The translations under genes were made by a program, and so were the position numbers. A DNA stretch of 64,000 nucleotides from assembly GCA_002633005.1 (NCBI GenBank), contig NMRA01000054.1, positions 500,952 to 564,951 of the forward strand, written 5' to 3'. This document shows, one piece after another, positions 12,235-25,705 of the stretch. Below the pieces are notes generated by a model. It worked only from the letters and a program-made list of their open reading frames with translations, was not told the origin of the DNA and searched no databases. The number at the start of each line of letters is the position of its first letter. The first letter of the stretch is position 1. Source of the stretch: Phoronis australis (lineage: Eukaryota > Animalia > Phoronida).

Positions 12235-13503
12235 GTATGGCTGTTTGGCAGAAACTCTTAATGTTGTATGTGGTACTCCTGAATTTGCTTGAGGAGGGGT
12301 ACAACAGAAATGTCCTTGTTCTCATGACTGCGTCAGGAGGCTCTATATTATTTTCTTGTGAAGACCAGGATCAGAGTTGAGGATGAATTTTGCAGCGTCA
12401 TAGAATACATTGTCTTGTCATGAGATTGTGTAGCTGTGTAGTGTTTGAGAACTGCCACAGTAGTCAATAAATATTTGCCTGGTCAGTATTTCTAATTTTT
12501 TGCGATTTATATCTTTCTGGGTGATATCTGGAAAACTCAATGATGAATTTTAATGATACTTGATGCAGGGGTCTGTGGCTGCAATATGCAGGCATCTGTC
12601 GATTTTTGAACACATTTCACCTCAGAAGCACCCTATAGTTACCAGTTTGTCAAGTTGTCCTGTTGGCTGCTTGTTGTCTCAAAAAACACTTGTGTTTTGA
12701 TGAGATCTGTACAAGGGCATCACTTGGGGTAAGAATGCCTCTTTTCAATGTGATGGCCATACACCAACATCAGTTCATTTTCAGACACGGGAGCACCCCG
12801 TGGTGGCCATTTTGGTCTTGTCGAGCTTTATCAGTATTTTTGGGGTAGAGCATTTCTGGATGATATTTAGAAAATGAATTAATGACAATTTACTAGCACC
12901 ACTCAATTTTCTGGCAGATTTGACTCAGCGACGCCCCCATTTTAGATTGCCAATTTTGAGCATATTCCAAAAAGTGCCGTGCCCTCTTATACCATTTTGT
13001 GTCTGTCTGTCTGTCTATCTGCTAAATCTAACATTTGTTTTTGTGGAAAGAAATAGACTTCACCTGGCACTTTTTGGATGAACAGTGTTATGTTTCTTTG
13101 TGGCAGTTTTACTTCTTTGTTGAAAGTGTTGAAAACTGTTAATTTAATTAAATTTTTGATTTGGTGTTCGTTTAAATGCACCAACATTTTTGTGTCAATT
13201 CTGACTATTCCAGCTATCCCTCGTGGTCAAATTATTGTCTCGTTGTCCTTTTTAGATAAGTAAGCCATGAAACATACTCTGTTTATGGTGCATTGTGGGC
13301 ACATATCCATGCTCTTCGTTTCTCTTCTGATATTTTGTGTCACAAAGACTACCTGTACATAAGCAGAAAACTTGAAATATGCAGAAACAGTGCTTGGGTA
13401 CCTTTAACCACTGATTTATTGAATGTCCATGAAAAGTGCTCTACAGCTGCTCTAAGACATTGTACTGTGAACAGATAAATACTGCGTGTCATTTCCATTC
13501 CAG

Positions 13504-13879
13504 CTTCGTCTGCAAGAAACAATACGACCAGTGGACACAGGCAGCATTAGAGTGTTTGGAATTTCATCCCAAAGGAGACTCTATTTTGTGCACACTACAG
13601 AACAAATACACGCAGGGTGATGGACCTCAGTTTAAGTCAGAACTTTTCACCTTCATATGCAATCACTATTCCAATCGGTCGGAGCCGCTTCTCTCGGACG
13701 CTTTTGTTGATATCCACTTGGCCGCCCTCAATAGGTTCATGCAGTGTCGAGTGTCAGAAGCTGTCACATTATTACAACTAAGCTTTGTGTTGTTGCCATC
13801 GACAACTAGTTGTGAGTTGGAGAGACTATTGACGTTTATTAAAATGGTGTTGGACGATGATGTGACGATCAATCCATTT
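13504..13879 (+). CDS. DEPDC7: DEPDC7-like exon 7, RhoGAP-like region
   Basis: ttccag| acceptor, TTT|gtaagt donor; DQWTQAALECLE..EPLL..LQLSFVLLP..ELERLLTFI resembles the degenerate RhoGAP domain of DEPDC1/7. Confidence 0.92.
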
Positions 13880-14867
13880 GTAAGTAGTCCTACTATGTTT
13901 ACTTTATGGATGGTTTTAGAATCGTTTAATGACCTTTTTAGCTTTGACAGCCAATGAAAAGTCTTTCTCACTGCCCTTGCTGCAAAACCAACTAATTTCT
14001 GTCATATGCGTCACAATTGAATACTCTCAAGAATTACTGTATTATGCAATTGGCGTCGACTAGTGTTGGAGTTGAGCACAGGGAAAGAAAGTTTTCCTCT
14101 CATTGGGTAAAATTCTGACTTTCACAAAGAGTAAGTGAGCGGAAGTCCTGCACTGATGTCACTTGCTCACACACATCTGTCAGTTTTATTTGTTTAATTA
14201 ATACAAAATGTGTATTTGGTATGGTGCTATCAAATGCTTTATGGACTGGGTCATTTTGGTAACCTGCTTTATAAAATATTGTGAAGTCGAGTAAAACATA
14301 AAGATTTCTACTTTCATGTTTCAAGAAAATTGTTGGTGGTGAATTGAAATGTACCAATCTTATCTTCTTTGTTGATTAAGCTGATTTTAGTGGGTTGGTC
14401 TTCCATCATAACATGGATGACTACACTATTTTGCCAAACATCAGGGACCCGTTTTATCAGTGCCTGTACCCCAGTTGTAGCTACGATGGTCGTTGGACAT
14501 AGACTGTGAGCATGACGGTTTCATTTTTAAATGCATGAAAATTTGAACTAATGTAAATACCACCATTGTCAATATTCATGATTATTAAGCATGTTCACAA
14601 ACCTTGTTAATGACCTGTACAGAACTAGATTTAAAATACTTTCATTCAAGCTACAACTAGGTGTGCAGTTGGTGATAGAACACCCCCTGGTGACTGTTCA
14701 TGTAAACTGTAATATACTTTTGTGGTTTGTGTTAAGTTGAATGGTAATGCAATGTTCTGTAACATACATACTTCCAGGTTCTTTTTAGACTACTCAATTT
14801 CCCATTGTGTCATTGTAGTGTCATCATTTACCCTGTGTCGCACAATATTTGTGTCCCTCTATTGCAG

Positions 14868-15060
14868 CAGTCCAATCAATCTCTGGTGGATCTACATCTT
14901 GTCTCCAGTGTCATCAGGAACAAGTGGCTATCTAACCAACAGGCGGCGCAACTAGTGCGCCTGATGCTGGATCATCTGGTGCAACTGTTTGAAGTTCCAG
15001 ACATCGTGCAAAATCAAATGAAACAGAGAGACTCAGCACGGTACACGCCTGTTAAACCCG
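14868..15060 (+). CDS. DEPDC7: DEPDC7-like exon 8
   Basis: tandem cagcag acceptor (14868 or 14871), G|gtgagt donor; LVRLMLDHLVQLFEVP motif. Confidence 0.88.
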
Positions 15061-15973
15061 GTGAGTTTCACTGTGCAAAGCTGTTTTTGTCCCCTGCTCC
15101 ACAATAGCGTATGTCTGTGCATCACAATGAAGTTGTTGACTCGATATCCCAACATAGGTGGTTTGGGTTTTTCTCGTTTTGTACCCAGGTTTAGTTGGGT
15201 TACTCTAGGTGCCAGCCAATTTTGGCGACCTTAACACTATTTTCAAGGTCACAGCAAGAAAATCAAATTTTGACTTGAAAATGTTAGCGTGATATAGCAA
15301 GAAGGAAGCTCAGTTTTACTCGTAGATTGAGGCATCTCCAGTTGTCAGTTATATTTAGTGACCTTGATGATCTGTATGTCATTTTTAAAGTCCCTACTAA
15401 AAAATCGAGTTAGAACTTAGAGAAAATGTTGTTTCCACTGTATTTCAATAGAGGTTTAAATTTTGATTAATTCTTTCTCAAATTGTGTTAACCGACTTGC
15501 TCAATCTTTTCATCCATGGATATTTGGTGGTGTTTACTTTTTTCCAGTGTTGCACGGTTATGATCGCATAACATTCACCTATGACATAAATAATTCTGTA
15601 AAATGCTGCCATTTTAAACCCGTGTCCTCATCACTAAGGAATTGTAGGTGGCACTGAACATTTGTCCAACAAAACTTCTATTGTCATCTTGCTGTGTGCT
15701 ATTTAAAGAGTTGCTGCTTTACTAGAAACTGTTGTCCATTTGTGAATAGCACCTACTGCCTGAAATACTCTTTCAAGGCTTTTCAGATATTAAGTGTTGA
15801 TGATTCAGTTTTACGTCATAGAGAGTAGAGCTTTTTCATTACAAATTCCTGAAGTTCATCTGGAAGGTCCCACTATGTTGTAGCTTGGTGACAAATTGCT
15901 TTCAAATGGTATTATTAAAGGTTGGGCAACACCATTTTTTGGCAAATTATGCATCGTTTGTGCTTCTTTTCAG

Positions 15974-16173
15974 TGCACGTCTACTGTAAACAGATCTCTC
16001 GGCAGGAATTTGTGCAAGAGCAGAAAGATTTCACGTCAGCCATGTTGGTAGACATGATGAACTCCATATTAGATGACACCAAGCTCACACTCAAAGACAA
16101 ACAGCAGAAATTGAGGCAGTTCCAGAAGCAATATCCTGAGTTGTATTCAAAACACTTTGCCGATATTGAATGA
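15974..16173 (+). CDS. DEPDC7: DEPDC7-like terminal exon 9
   Basis: ttttcag| acceptor; YCKQIS..ILDDTKLTLKDKQQKLRQFQKQYPELYSKHFAD* resembles the DEPDC7 C-terminus; nine exons total 1623 nt, in frame. Confidence 0.92.
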
Positions 16174-18374
16174 TGCGTCTCACAATGGCAATGCTTGCCC
16201 ATCACGTTTTCCCAATTTCCAGTTTGGAGAAGGCATGATCGTTGTATTGTTGCCCTGTCAGTTGCTTGTTATTAAGGTATTCATGACGTATTAGACTCGC
16301 TACCAACTGGGCCCCCATTAGAATCCACACCAAATAGACACAATTGTGTTGTCTAAGTCAAATTATCGTGGAACTACTCAAATTCAGATTGTTATTCACA
16401 CTAGATTATCTCGTGTCTGAAACCTGTTGCACCCTTTTTAAGTAAAGACACTCTGAGACTATTGGTGAATAGTTTATATGTGTGTTTTAATTTTAGATTA
16501 TTTCTCCTTCAATGCCTTCTTTGATCAAAGATTATCTGGCTCCTTGTGGTCAAAACTGAAACAAAACAAGAATAGATGATCCAGTGTTAAGGGAAAACAT
16601 GATGGTTGATTTCTAAGTTGTGGAATGCGTTTGCCATAAAGTCATTTTTATACCAGTAGCAAAACTGCATAATTTTGGTCTGTATTTTTGTCGAGGCTGA
16701 AGCATGGAAATGTGATATGATGTTAGCTTATAATTTTTTATCTTACTCTAGTGAAATATTGGATTGAAAGTGTATGCAAAGTCAAATTTAAGAAATAATG
16801 CTCTCATTGTTTGCAAGTAGTTCTCTATAGTTTAATGACATGTTGTCCTTGTAGGCAAGGGTTTACATCTTGTGATTTGACCTAGTTTTTTTAATGGTGT
16901 CTCTGGCCCATGCACTGCAAAGCTAATTAGGTCAAACTGATCTTAAAAACTTTAAACTGGATTAAATGGAGTTAGCACTGAATCCCATTGAAGACATCAG
17001 TGAACTCCACCTCAATCTGGTTCATAGTTTTATCTTGTGTAACTAGGAATATTAACTCACTGCATTAAGAAATTTAAAGCATTTCATCCGAAACGTAAAC
17101 CAAGAAAAAAATGGTCTTGAAAGATGACCTTAAATAGAGGTTTAAAAAGGTCGTGGCATTTTATGTGATACCGTGAAGTTTTCAGTAACCAACATTTTGG
17201 TGGTTGCACTTAACAAAAATTTTCCTTAGAATTGTGTCTCAAGGTCCTATAAATCTGATTTTGCCATTATATATCCTAAACTTGCCTCAATATTAGTCTT
17301 GGCTTTGCTATTTACTGCTTGCACATTACTTGCCAAGCATTACATAAGGCAAGAGTGTTGGCTTCACTGAGGGCATTTTTGAAGAGTGAGGAAGCAACCT
17401 ACTTCTCTGTTTAATGAATGTTTTTTATAATTATATGAAAGATTCAATACCACTGTATCAATGAGCATGGAAGCATTTTTTGTTCTTGGCTCATTGCGAT
17501 GTATCTAAAGACTTGCCATTTTGCATCATTTGTTTTACTGATCTCCCTTTTGACTTGTTTGAATCTTGGGATTTGATTTTTAACTTCAATTATTTTCGAA
17601 AATTCTATATGACATTGTAAGAACAGAGGTGAAGAAATTTTCACCACAAAACCGCTACTCATAAGTTGTAGTCTGATGAGACCCTTCGAAGTTGTCTGAA
17701 GTCATTTTTCACTTTCAGTAACTTACAGTAATCAAACAGCAAGATTGCATTTCCCCCTCATGACACTTAAGTCCATTTACAGCAAAATTGATGGGTCCTG
17801 TCTTATCATTTCTGCTTTCTGGTAGATAACCCATAATTCTTGGACCACTTATGATGGTGAAATTTATAAGTGGTCATGATGGGGGAATTGTGATTCTGAT
17901 AACTTGTGACATTTTTTGTAAACATTGACCTTAAGTGTTATTTATTTTAGATGTTATTTAATGACTGTCCTATACTAGTTTATTTAAATTGTGACTAATG
18001 TTTAGCTCGATAGCCTTACCTTGAAAGAACCCTACTGGATAGTTTTGCTTTGATTTGTTTTTAATCAAGTTTAATATGTAATGCACTTGATGCTTTTGAT
18101 AAGACGTCTTCTTGCTCCACTTAAAAGTGGTTATCTGATCTTTGGTCTGGGTTTGTTTTGTAATTGAAGTACTATGCAATTACTGGGCAAAGCGACTTGC
18201 CACATTTTGATGAGTTAATGGCTTTGCCGGGAACTTTTGTGCATATTTTGTTTGAAATATTTAGACAATGGAACTAACACTAACAGATTTTTACACCAAA
18301 ATGCTTGTGAGTCTTATTAAGTATTTATATTGAATTCATTGTGTTGATACACTATGAATGATCTCTATTATAAC

Positions 18375-18380
18375 AATAAA
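18375..18380 (+). terminator. candidate poly(A) signal of the DEPDC7-like gene
   Basis: AATAAA ending an AT/U-rich ~2.2 kb tract after the stop codon, followed by T-rich sequence. Confidence 0.4.
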
Positions 18381-18579
18381 AATTGTCTTTGCAAATTAAT
18401 TTATTTATTCGAAAGGGGTCCATGTCCACAACTTTAAAACAAATAGGAATTTTAGGTTTTTAAGAATTGTAACTTATACCAGGATCACATGCCCCCATGG
18501 AAAGCAATCAGAACTAATGGGGCTACCCTCATATTGCAATAATAAATAAATAATATTGCAATAATAAATAAATAAACAT

Positions 18580-18846
18580 CCTGGTAAAAACGCTAGCGTT
18601 TTCGCTAGCACTCCTGTAGCCAAACGGCTCACTGCAAAGGACACATGCGCGGTGGGGTAAGAGGCCTTTGTTCTATGGGCACATCAATCAATTTATGACA
18701 AAAATTAAACATGTTTTGACTTGGATTTTTGCTTAAAAGCGGATCGGATGATGAAACAAACCAACTGCTAGCGAAAATTTCCCCTGTGCGTACAGCTCGT
18801 CTGTCTGGCCAAAATGCTAGCATTTTCGCTAGCGTTTCAGCCAGTG
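18580..18846. mobile_element. MITE-like element with repeated (C)GCTAGCG motifs
   Basis: ctggtaaaaacgctagcg ... cgctagcgtttcagccag inverted ends. Confidence 0.5.
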
Positions 18847-20044
18847 AAACTGCCTAGCGTTTTTGCACTCGTGTGAACGTAGTGTTGATCTCAGCGAAGG
18901 GCACTTGTTCTAGAAAAGCTGTTAAATGGATTTGTTACCAAGGGTAAACAAGGTTTGGAATGCATTAGCTTGCCAAGTAAAAAACAATGCATCGTTTTTG
19001 CTCGTCTCGGGTGGATTTTCTTTTTGAAAAAAAAAAATCTCGCTCCACCTACGCGATTTTCAACAAAAAAACCAAGAGACCTTAATGAAAATTGAAATTT
19101 ATGTTGCCATCCTGCCTACTTAGTACTATCGTATCAGTATATGCGCATGGGGTTTTAATTTTGATGTCTCTAAAGTGGGTGTGAGCTGCACCCACATTGG
19201 CCGGTAAATCGCAAATCCGTGCTTTTTCACTTTCTCTTTTGTAATCTCACCTACTCTCTGTTCAGTTAGGTTTTGTCCTTGATTGTGTCCTCTGTGCCTA
19301 TATTTTACATAAGAATTCCGCTACGCGTGTACAAGCACTTTCGAGATTTATCAAAATGACAGATTTGGGGTTCACAAAGTGGCTATAAACCCACCTTCCG
19401 TCTAAAAGAAAATAACTTCTGGTTTCGAGCCTTTTTTACCATTATAAAAATGGTCTCGACTTGTTCCTTACTCAGATAAGAACTAATTTTTGGTCTTGCA
19501 AGTAGGATAACTGACTGGAGATCATGCTTGGTAAATGTGTGTAACCATGTCTCAACCAATAGCGAACCGTCATTTCTCCAAGCTCAGAAATGACCTATTT
19601 TGACTGAAGAAAATTTAATTTAATTTCAAACCAAGTCCTTAATGGTAAGTGGTCTAAATCAAAAATTGTTCTTGTTACGGCTGAAGGCGGGCAGTCACTT
19701 TAACGTGCAACAACGCTGTAATGATTATACACTACGATACAGTAAAAAAACCTGAAAATAATACTTGTAAGGATTTCCTCCCGTGAATTGTCTCACCTGC
19801 GACCGAAAAACTTCCGATGGGAGATTTTAAGTCTATGTTTCATCCAGCTAAACTGACTAAAGCCCTTTACTCTCATAACATCGGCCACAAAATATTTCTT
19901 AATATGATTCCAGTTCAGTTCCGTAACCACTCAATTCACCAGCAATGCTCAATACAGACATGCGCCATTTTTGCAATTTCGGGGTCGAATCTGCAGGCTT
20001 TCTCGAGTTACTTATGGTTTCTATGTTCTTGTTAGTAGGCCTAA

Positions 20045-22231
20045 CAGTGGCGGATCTACGTTTTCAGAAAGGCCGGGGGGTTCAGGATTCCCGCCATGGT
20101 CGAATCCTAGGCGCGTGGCGCCGAGCGGGGGGGGTCGGGAGGGGGGTTTCCCCCTCCCGTGTAAGAATTTTTTTTTGTTTTTGTAGCCAAATAGTGAGCT
20201 TTCCATGCATCCTGGTAAGTTTCTGGCACTTAACATGTCTCTGGAGTTTTTCTTAAGATAATTAAAAACCCTTCTCGATTTCGTCACATGAACTTGGCAC
20301 ATAAGTTTCGTGAAACATATTGTGCACATCTGGGTATGAGTCACGCCACCAGCAAAATTTTTTGTTGGAACATCTGCTTACACACACCTTTTTTAGCATG
20401 CGAAAAGTCGTATACGAAAAAGTGTGGTGTGTATACAGGGGTTTAGACAATTTCCAAATATTCAAGAGCATAATTAAGGAGCACCGACGGGGCGTAAAAA
20501 CTTGAATAACATGATCGCGTAACAGCAGCCTCAAGTTGTTTAAGAACGAAGACCTGTACTGTTAGTCCGGAAATAAACATGTGTTCTGTCTCGTTTCGAG
20601 AAAAACTGGCGAACGATGGTGCTCTCAACTCATAGTCTATTATTAAAAGCGACAATAAATAATTAGGTATCACTTTATTAAGCTGAATCAGGTTCACAAT
20701 AATTGAAAAACGTCAAATCTATCAGGAAACAAATTATCTGAAAACAGTTTCACGAAACCAAAACACCCTGTGCACACTGGTGAAAAGATACACTGGACTA
20801 GTTTGCAGAGGGACCAGATGTACACTGAGAGTACACAAAAAGCTGACCTGGTCCGTCACGAGACCAAGAGTACACCTGTGCTTACTATCCCTATCAAATA
20901 GTCGATCTGTCGCGGGACCAAACAGTACTGGCTGAGATAAATAGTTTTACAAAGCACATTTTGGTAAAAAAATCACAAGACTAGTTCGCCGGGGGACCAG
21001 AAGTACACTGAAACTCAACATCTACACAAATCAAGCTGGCCTGGTCCATCGCGAGACCTAAAGTGTACTATGCAAAAAAATTTGAATTGAAAACTTCTCT
21101 CTAAAATTTTAATCCCCAGTGGTTACTCATACGTTAGTCCTATCCTTCTGTTATCTAGACTGCTGAAGAATTTGTATATCGGATCCAATGATTTGCTCGT
21201 CTTGGAACCATTCTACCCAGATATCTTCGATGTTTGTTCCGAACACTTGCACTTCGTCAACTGCTGTGTCAATGAGCTTGTAAGCCTCTACAATGTCAGC
21301 ATCTCGTTTCGCAGCTCAGATGACACTAAGATCCTTGAGGTTGCCAAGTCCATTCAAAAGACTTGCATGCGCAACTAAATTTGATCCGTTCATCATGGAC
21401 TACTTCAAACCTTGACGAAGCATCCCAGGACCTATTTGCATCTCTTGCAAATTTCGAAATAAACGTCCAATGTCTGAACGCTTGAAACCCGAAGTACTAA
21501 TATCAAATAAATGCCCATGGGCATTAGCGTTTCATCGGGTGAGCCTTTCTGCGGAAATTCCCAGTATAGAAGACGGCAGTGTGCTTATTGCAGGTAGACA
21601 GACGGTAGGTGTTGAGGTCGGAACTAGGGCTCCTTAGGAGGCCTATTGAACATCGCACGAGTCCCGCAAGCAATTCTTCGGAAAGATTCTTTTTTCAAAA
21701 ATATTATATGTACATGTACACAATATTACATGTACATGTACACTTTATGATATTGCGCAAGACAACTTTACTATACATCAGTTACTGAAACGTGTGGAGT
21801 GTAATAGAATGACACGGCATGACAGATGAGGTAAAAACATTGCACGTCAATTCGCCTGAATATCAAGGTTGCGGCACCGCAGTATTTCCCCTAATCAAAT
21901 CAAAATATATCTTAGAGTAAAGAAGCTAGTTACCTAAAGAAATCAGCTATAGAACTGCTCTTTCAGCGGTGAATCCATCTAAAATGCNNNNNNNNNNNNN
22001 NNNNNNNNNNNNNNNNNNNNNNNNNNNNNNNNNNNNNNNNNNNNNNNNNNNNNNNNNNNNNNNNNNNNNNNNNNNNNNNNNNNNNNNNNNNNNNNNNNNN
22101 NNNNNNNNNNNNNNNNNNNNNNNNNNNNNNNNNNNNNNNNNNNNNNNNNNNNNNNNNNNNNNNNNNNNNNNNNNNNNNNNNNNNNNNNNNNNNNNNNNNN
22201 NNNNAACCCCCCCCCCGTAGATCCGCCACTG
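20045..22231. mobile_element. hAT-family DNA transposon remnant with 16-bp TIRs and 5-bp TSD
   Basis: CCTAA|CAGTGGCGGATCTACG ... CGTAGATCCGCCACTG|CCTAA; contains a decayed transposase fragment and an N gap. Confidence 0.8.
21140..21445 (-). pseudogene. decayed hAT transposase fragment (THAP12/ZMYM1-like)
   Basis: minus strand reads LVAHASLLNGLGNLKDLSVI*AAKRDADIVEAYKLIDTAVDEVQVFGTNIEDIWVEWFQD, resembling the hAT motif LKxLxxxLQKRxxDIVxAYxxI. Confidence 0.6.
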
Positions 22232-23072
22232 CCTAATCATGGGAAATCAATGATATAGAGTTCACCGAACAATTTTATCAAACTACTTAAAATTCCCCGA
22301 AAGTATCATTTTCTTGAGGCCATTACATCACATCGGCAGAAATCTTGTACACATTGATTGGGGGTCGGATGAGATTTTTAGCCGCACATTAGTTCACTGG
22401 AGCATTACCAATACCCTACAAAATAAGCTTCTAATTGTCTAAGAACCCTCTGACTCAGTAGAGTAAGGGGTAAAACGATATGTTGGACGGTCTCATAGCA
22501 ATACAATATAAAACAAAACACACACATAGCGCGCCTTTTGTAAGGATATTTAATTTCAAAAACAGGAAATGGGCTGCAATTCATGTGATGAACTCCTCAC
22601 CGTCAATCAAGTGTTATAACTATTTGTAAAATTCTAAAAGTGATAGACGGGCATGCAGAAATGCAGTATCTTCTGAATTTTCTCTGTAAAATCAGTGCAG
22701 GCTGAACAACTTTTCAAGAAATGTAGGCTATCAGTCAAATGAACATTCACTTTTTAACAACTAGCCGCAGTCTTAGAAAAGTCATTACACACAGCTTTAA
22801 CACTGGCCAAGTTACGTCGGACACTCTTCGAAGTTTCATTTTGAAATTCCCATTATTTTTCCATCATTTACATGTCAAGATTTTTAGAATTTCATTACTA
22901 GGCACGCGCCTAGGCCTGCGATGGAGAAATCATAATTGAAGATTGATTACTAAATCTCCATCGGCTGTCCCAGAACGCTGCTCACTGTGGTAAACTCTGA
23001 TAAACCTTTCCTTGCAAATACATTGCTGGAGTTTCGCTTGAATGCGAGGTTTGTATGAGCAAATAAAAACGA

Positions 23073-23217
23073 TGACGTCACAAATGATAACACTTCAACC
23101 AATGACGTTGTTTTTTTAAATCACGTGAAATCGCTGTTGCCAGGGAAAGCTTGGTCGTGACGAAGTAACTCTCACGGAGTTCGTTATTTTGACGCTTTTC
23201 TTTTACTTTAAAGATCG
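23073..23217 (+). promoter_or_regulatory. ODF3/CIMAP1 promoter and short non-coding first exon
   Basis: CRE TGACGTCA 23073, CCAAT 23099, E-box CACGTG 23122, X-box-like GTTGCCAGGGAAAG 23136-23149, consensus donor CG|gtaagt at 23218; acceptor ttttttttcag at ~24333 just before the ATG. Confidence 0.55.
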
Positions 23218-24353
23218 GTAAGTTTTCTTTGTTGTTGTGATAACTCGTGAATGGGTTGAGAGTTTCATTTCTATTGCACCGTTTGGTCTCAAAATATTGT
23301 TTTTTAGTGCAAATATGTCTCCAAAGTTTCCGCGGGGACTTGGGAGGCACCTAAGTTGGTACTCTCCCGCCATTTGGTTCGGTAACTTTGTTTCACAAGT
23401 CGTCCAGTTCATTTGGTAATAAAAGGAGTTACTCTCACGAAATTCATTATGTGTATTGGGCTTTGCTTCTGATCGCTGTCTATTCTATATTTCACACTCT
23501 ATTTACCGCCGTTCTGATTAGAGTTGTCGGGAAGTCCAGCCCTGGGACACTTTCTAGTCTTAAGATTTTATTCCGCGCGACCAATAAGTTCTCAAATATT
23601 TTACTTGTACTTTGGAAATATAATAAAGTTTATCATAATTGTTCGTGATATATAAACACATGTTTTGCCATTTCTAAATGTATTACGTATACGACATGTG
23701 TACCTATTGAAAAAACGTTTGGTAGAATGTGTATTCGCCTAATCACCGATTCGTTCAATACAGTAACTAAGGTCAATAGGCGCAATAATCTGAACGGCGT
23801 CGCTAAGGACCGCAGCCACAACAAACACTTGACAACCATATGAATCTAAGCACGCTACCATAAAGCTTAGTCTCGGTTGTGCAAGTTAATAAGAAGGTTG
23901 TGATTTTAGCAGGTAACTTTTAATCACAGTATCACTTATTTTTCGTCATAGCTGAAACAGATTAAGATTTATCTTATTCCAGAAACTTTATTGCTATATT
24001 GCAGTTTTGATAAGGTGTAGTCAAGAAACAAGGTAATAACCGTACTTTATAGGTGATTTTTCAGAGCTTGGCTTGATCATCGAGACAATGAATTTTCCGT
24101 GTCTTAGTTACGATTATTTAGTTTATCCTTCGTTTACTTAAAATTGTTAAATTGTATTTTTGTAAAATTGTGAAATTCCATCTGATCAATAATTAAAAAT
24201 TGTGTGCCTTCAATACAGGAGTAGATAATGAAATGGTTTCTCCATGAATCTTTTATTTGGCATGAGTTTTACTTGCAAAGTGTTAAACATCATTGATGAT
24301 TACATTGTGACTAATTAACCATATTTTTTTCAGTTTTTAAACCCTGCATAAAA

Positions 24354-24753
24354 ATGGTATACAAGTACACATATCCTCGCGTCCCCATTGCTCCCATGTA
24401 CGGGAGTCCTGGCCCGTGTTATGGCCTCCCTGGATTGGTTGGTCAGCCAGGTCATGATCCACGGAGTGTTCACGAGAAGAGGCCTGCTTGGCACTTCGGA
24501 ACCAAGCATGGAAAAACCAAGGACGACTGTAGCCCTGGACCCTGTCATTTACCTCAACATAAAATCTATAAAGATGGCGCTGATGGTACACCACATTACT
24601 CCCTCTATGGACGAAACAAGGACTTGGCAGCATTCAACACACCTGGTGCTGGAGCCTACTCTCCAGAAAAATGCGGCGAGCAGGCCCGTTTTAGACACGC
24701 TGCCTACAGTTTCGGATCTCGCACAAGAAGCCGGAGACAAGACAACACACCAG
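24354..24753 (+). CDS. ODF3: ODF3/CIMAP1-like first coding exon
   Basis: PRVPIAPMYGSPGPCYGLPGLVG..HDPRS..PAWHFG..SPGP..GADGTPHYSLYGR..TPGAGAYSPE = SHIPPO-1/STPG repeats; G|gtaaca donor. Confidence 0.93.
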
Positions 24754-24917
24754 GTAACATTAACTACAGTTGCAAATGTAGTAATCTGTGAACTCTGACA
24801 GTGGTTATCATGAAGAATTAGTCATACCAGAATTGTTGTAATTAAACGATTAAGTCTGAGAGGAGTCCTGTGCTAAAACTCGCAAAAACATATAGTTCAT
24901 CTTTTGCTTCCTTACAG

Positions 24918-25042
24918 CTCCCAACTGTTATACCATCGACCCTATGATGTCTAAGACTGTACAAAGCAAGAAGAAACAGGCACCCATTTACACAATCACC
25001 GGTCGCAGCAAGATCGGAAGCTTCCATGAAGATTTACAAAGG
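24918..25042 (+). CDS. ODF3: ODF3/CIMAP1-like coding exon 2
   Basis: ttacag| acceptor; APNCYTIDPMMSKTVQSKKKQAPIYTITGRSKIGSFHEDLQR; AGG|gtgagc donor. Confidence 0.92.
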
Positions 25043-25705
25043 GTGAGCTGTGCTGATTATCTTGTCTTTGGCTGCAGTTTAAGTCGTTTCTACATTCAAA
25101 TGACATATTGTTTCCTATTTGTTTACTGTGGCTTCTGAGAAGTGGGGAAAATTACACCCTCTTGTGTTTTGCTCCATGAGTAATTACACGGTGTTAAACT
25201 TCAGTCTAGAAATTATCAGCCATTGTCTGTCAACGCTGTTTCTTATAAGTAGAGTAACACACACTGATGTTTAACTAATCAATAAGTGTGTATTTACTTA
25301 GACCTGATTTGTCATTGATTTTCCGTCAAACAACAAACAAAATATAGAGTCTTCACCTTGTTGCTATGCCTGTATCAAAGGCATAAAAACAATGGGTCAG
25401 GACATTATCAAATTCAAGTTTACCAAGTATTAGAAACAAATTGTTCGACGATCCTCCAATTTGTTCCTTTCAGGAAGGAGCTGGCAAACAATTCTTTTTA
25501 TGTAAATAAAAACTCCTATGATTTTGAACTCATTTTCCTTGGATGGAATTTTCAAGGTGTTATGGCTCACGTTTCATATTTCTGTACCTCTGGAAATGAG
25601 TCACTGAACTCCAGAGGTGACACGAGACAAACAGGCCTTATGGCTGTCAGATTTCATGTACACTCTTTTATACTCTAACATTTCACTTCCCTCACATCAT
25701 TTTAG

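Noticed and set aside
21172-21378. Plus-strand ORF with VCSEH (THAP-like)
   Set aside because: Other THAP residues are missing; the minus strand gives a better hAT-like match
21947-22240. ORFs made mostly of X
   Set aside because: They span an N gap
24330-24798. Alternate-frame and antisense ORFs over the first ODF3 coding exon
   Set aside because: Shadow ORFs with no recognisable motifs
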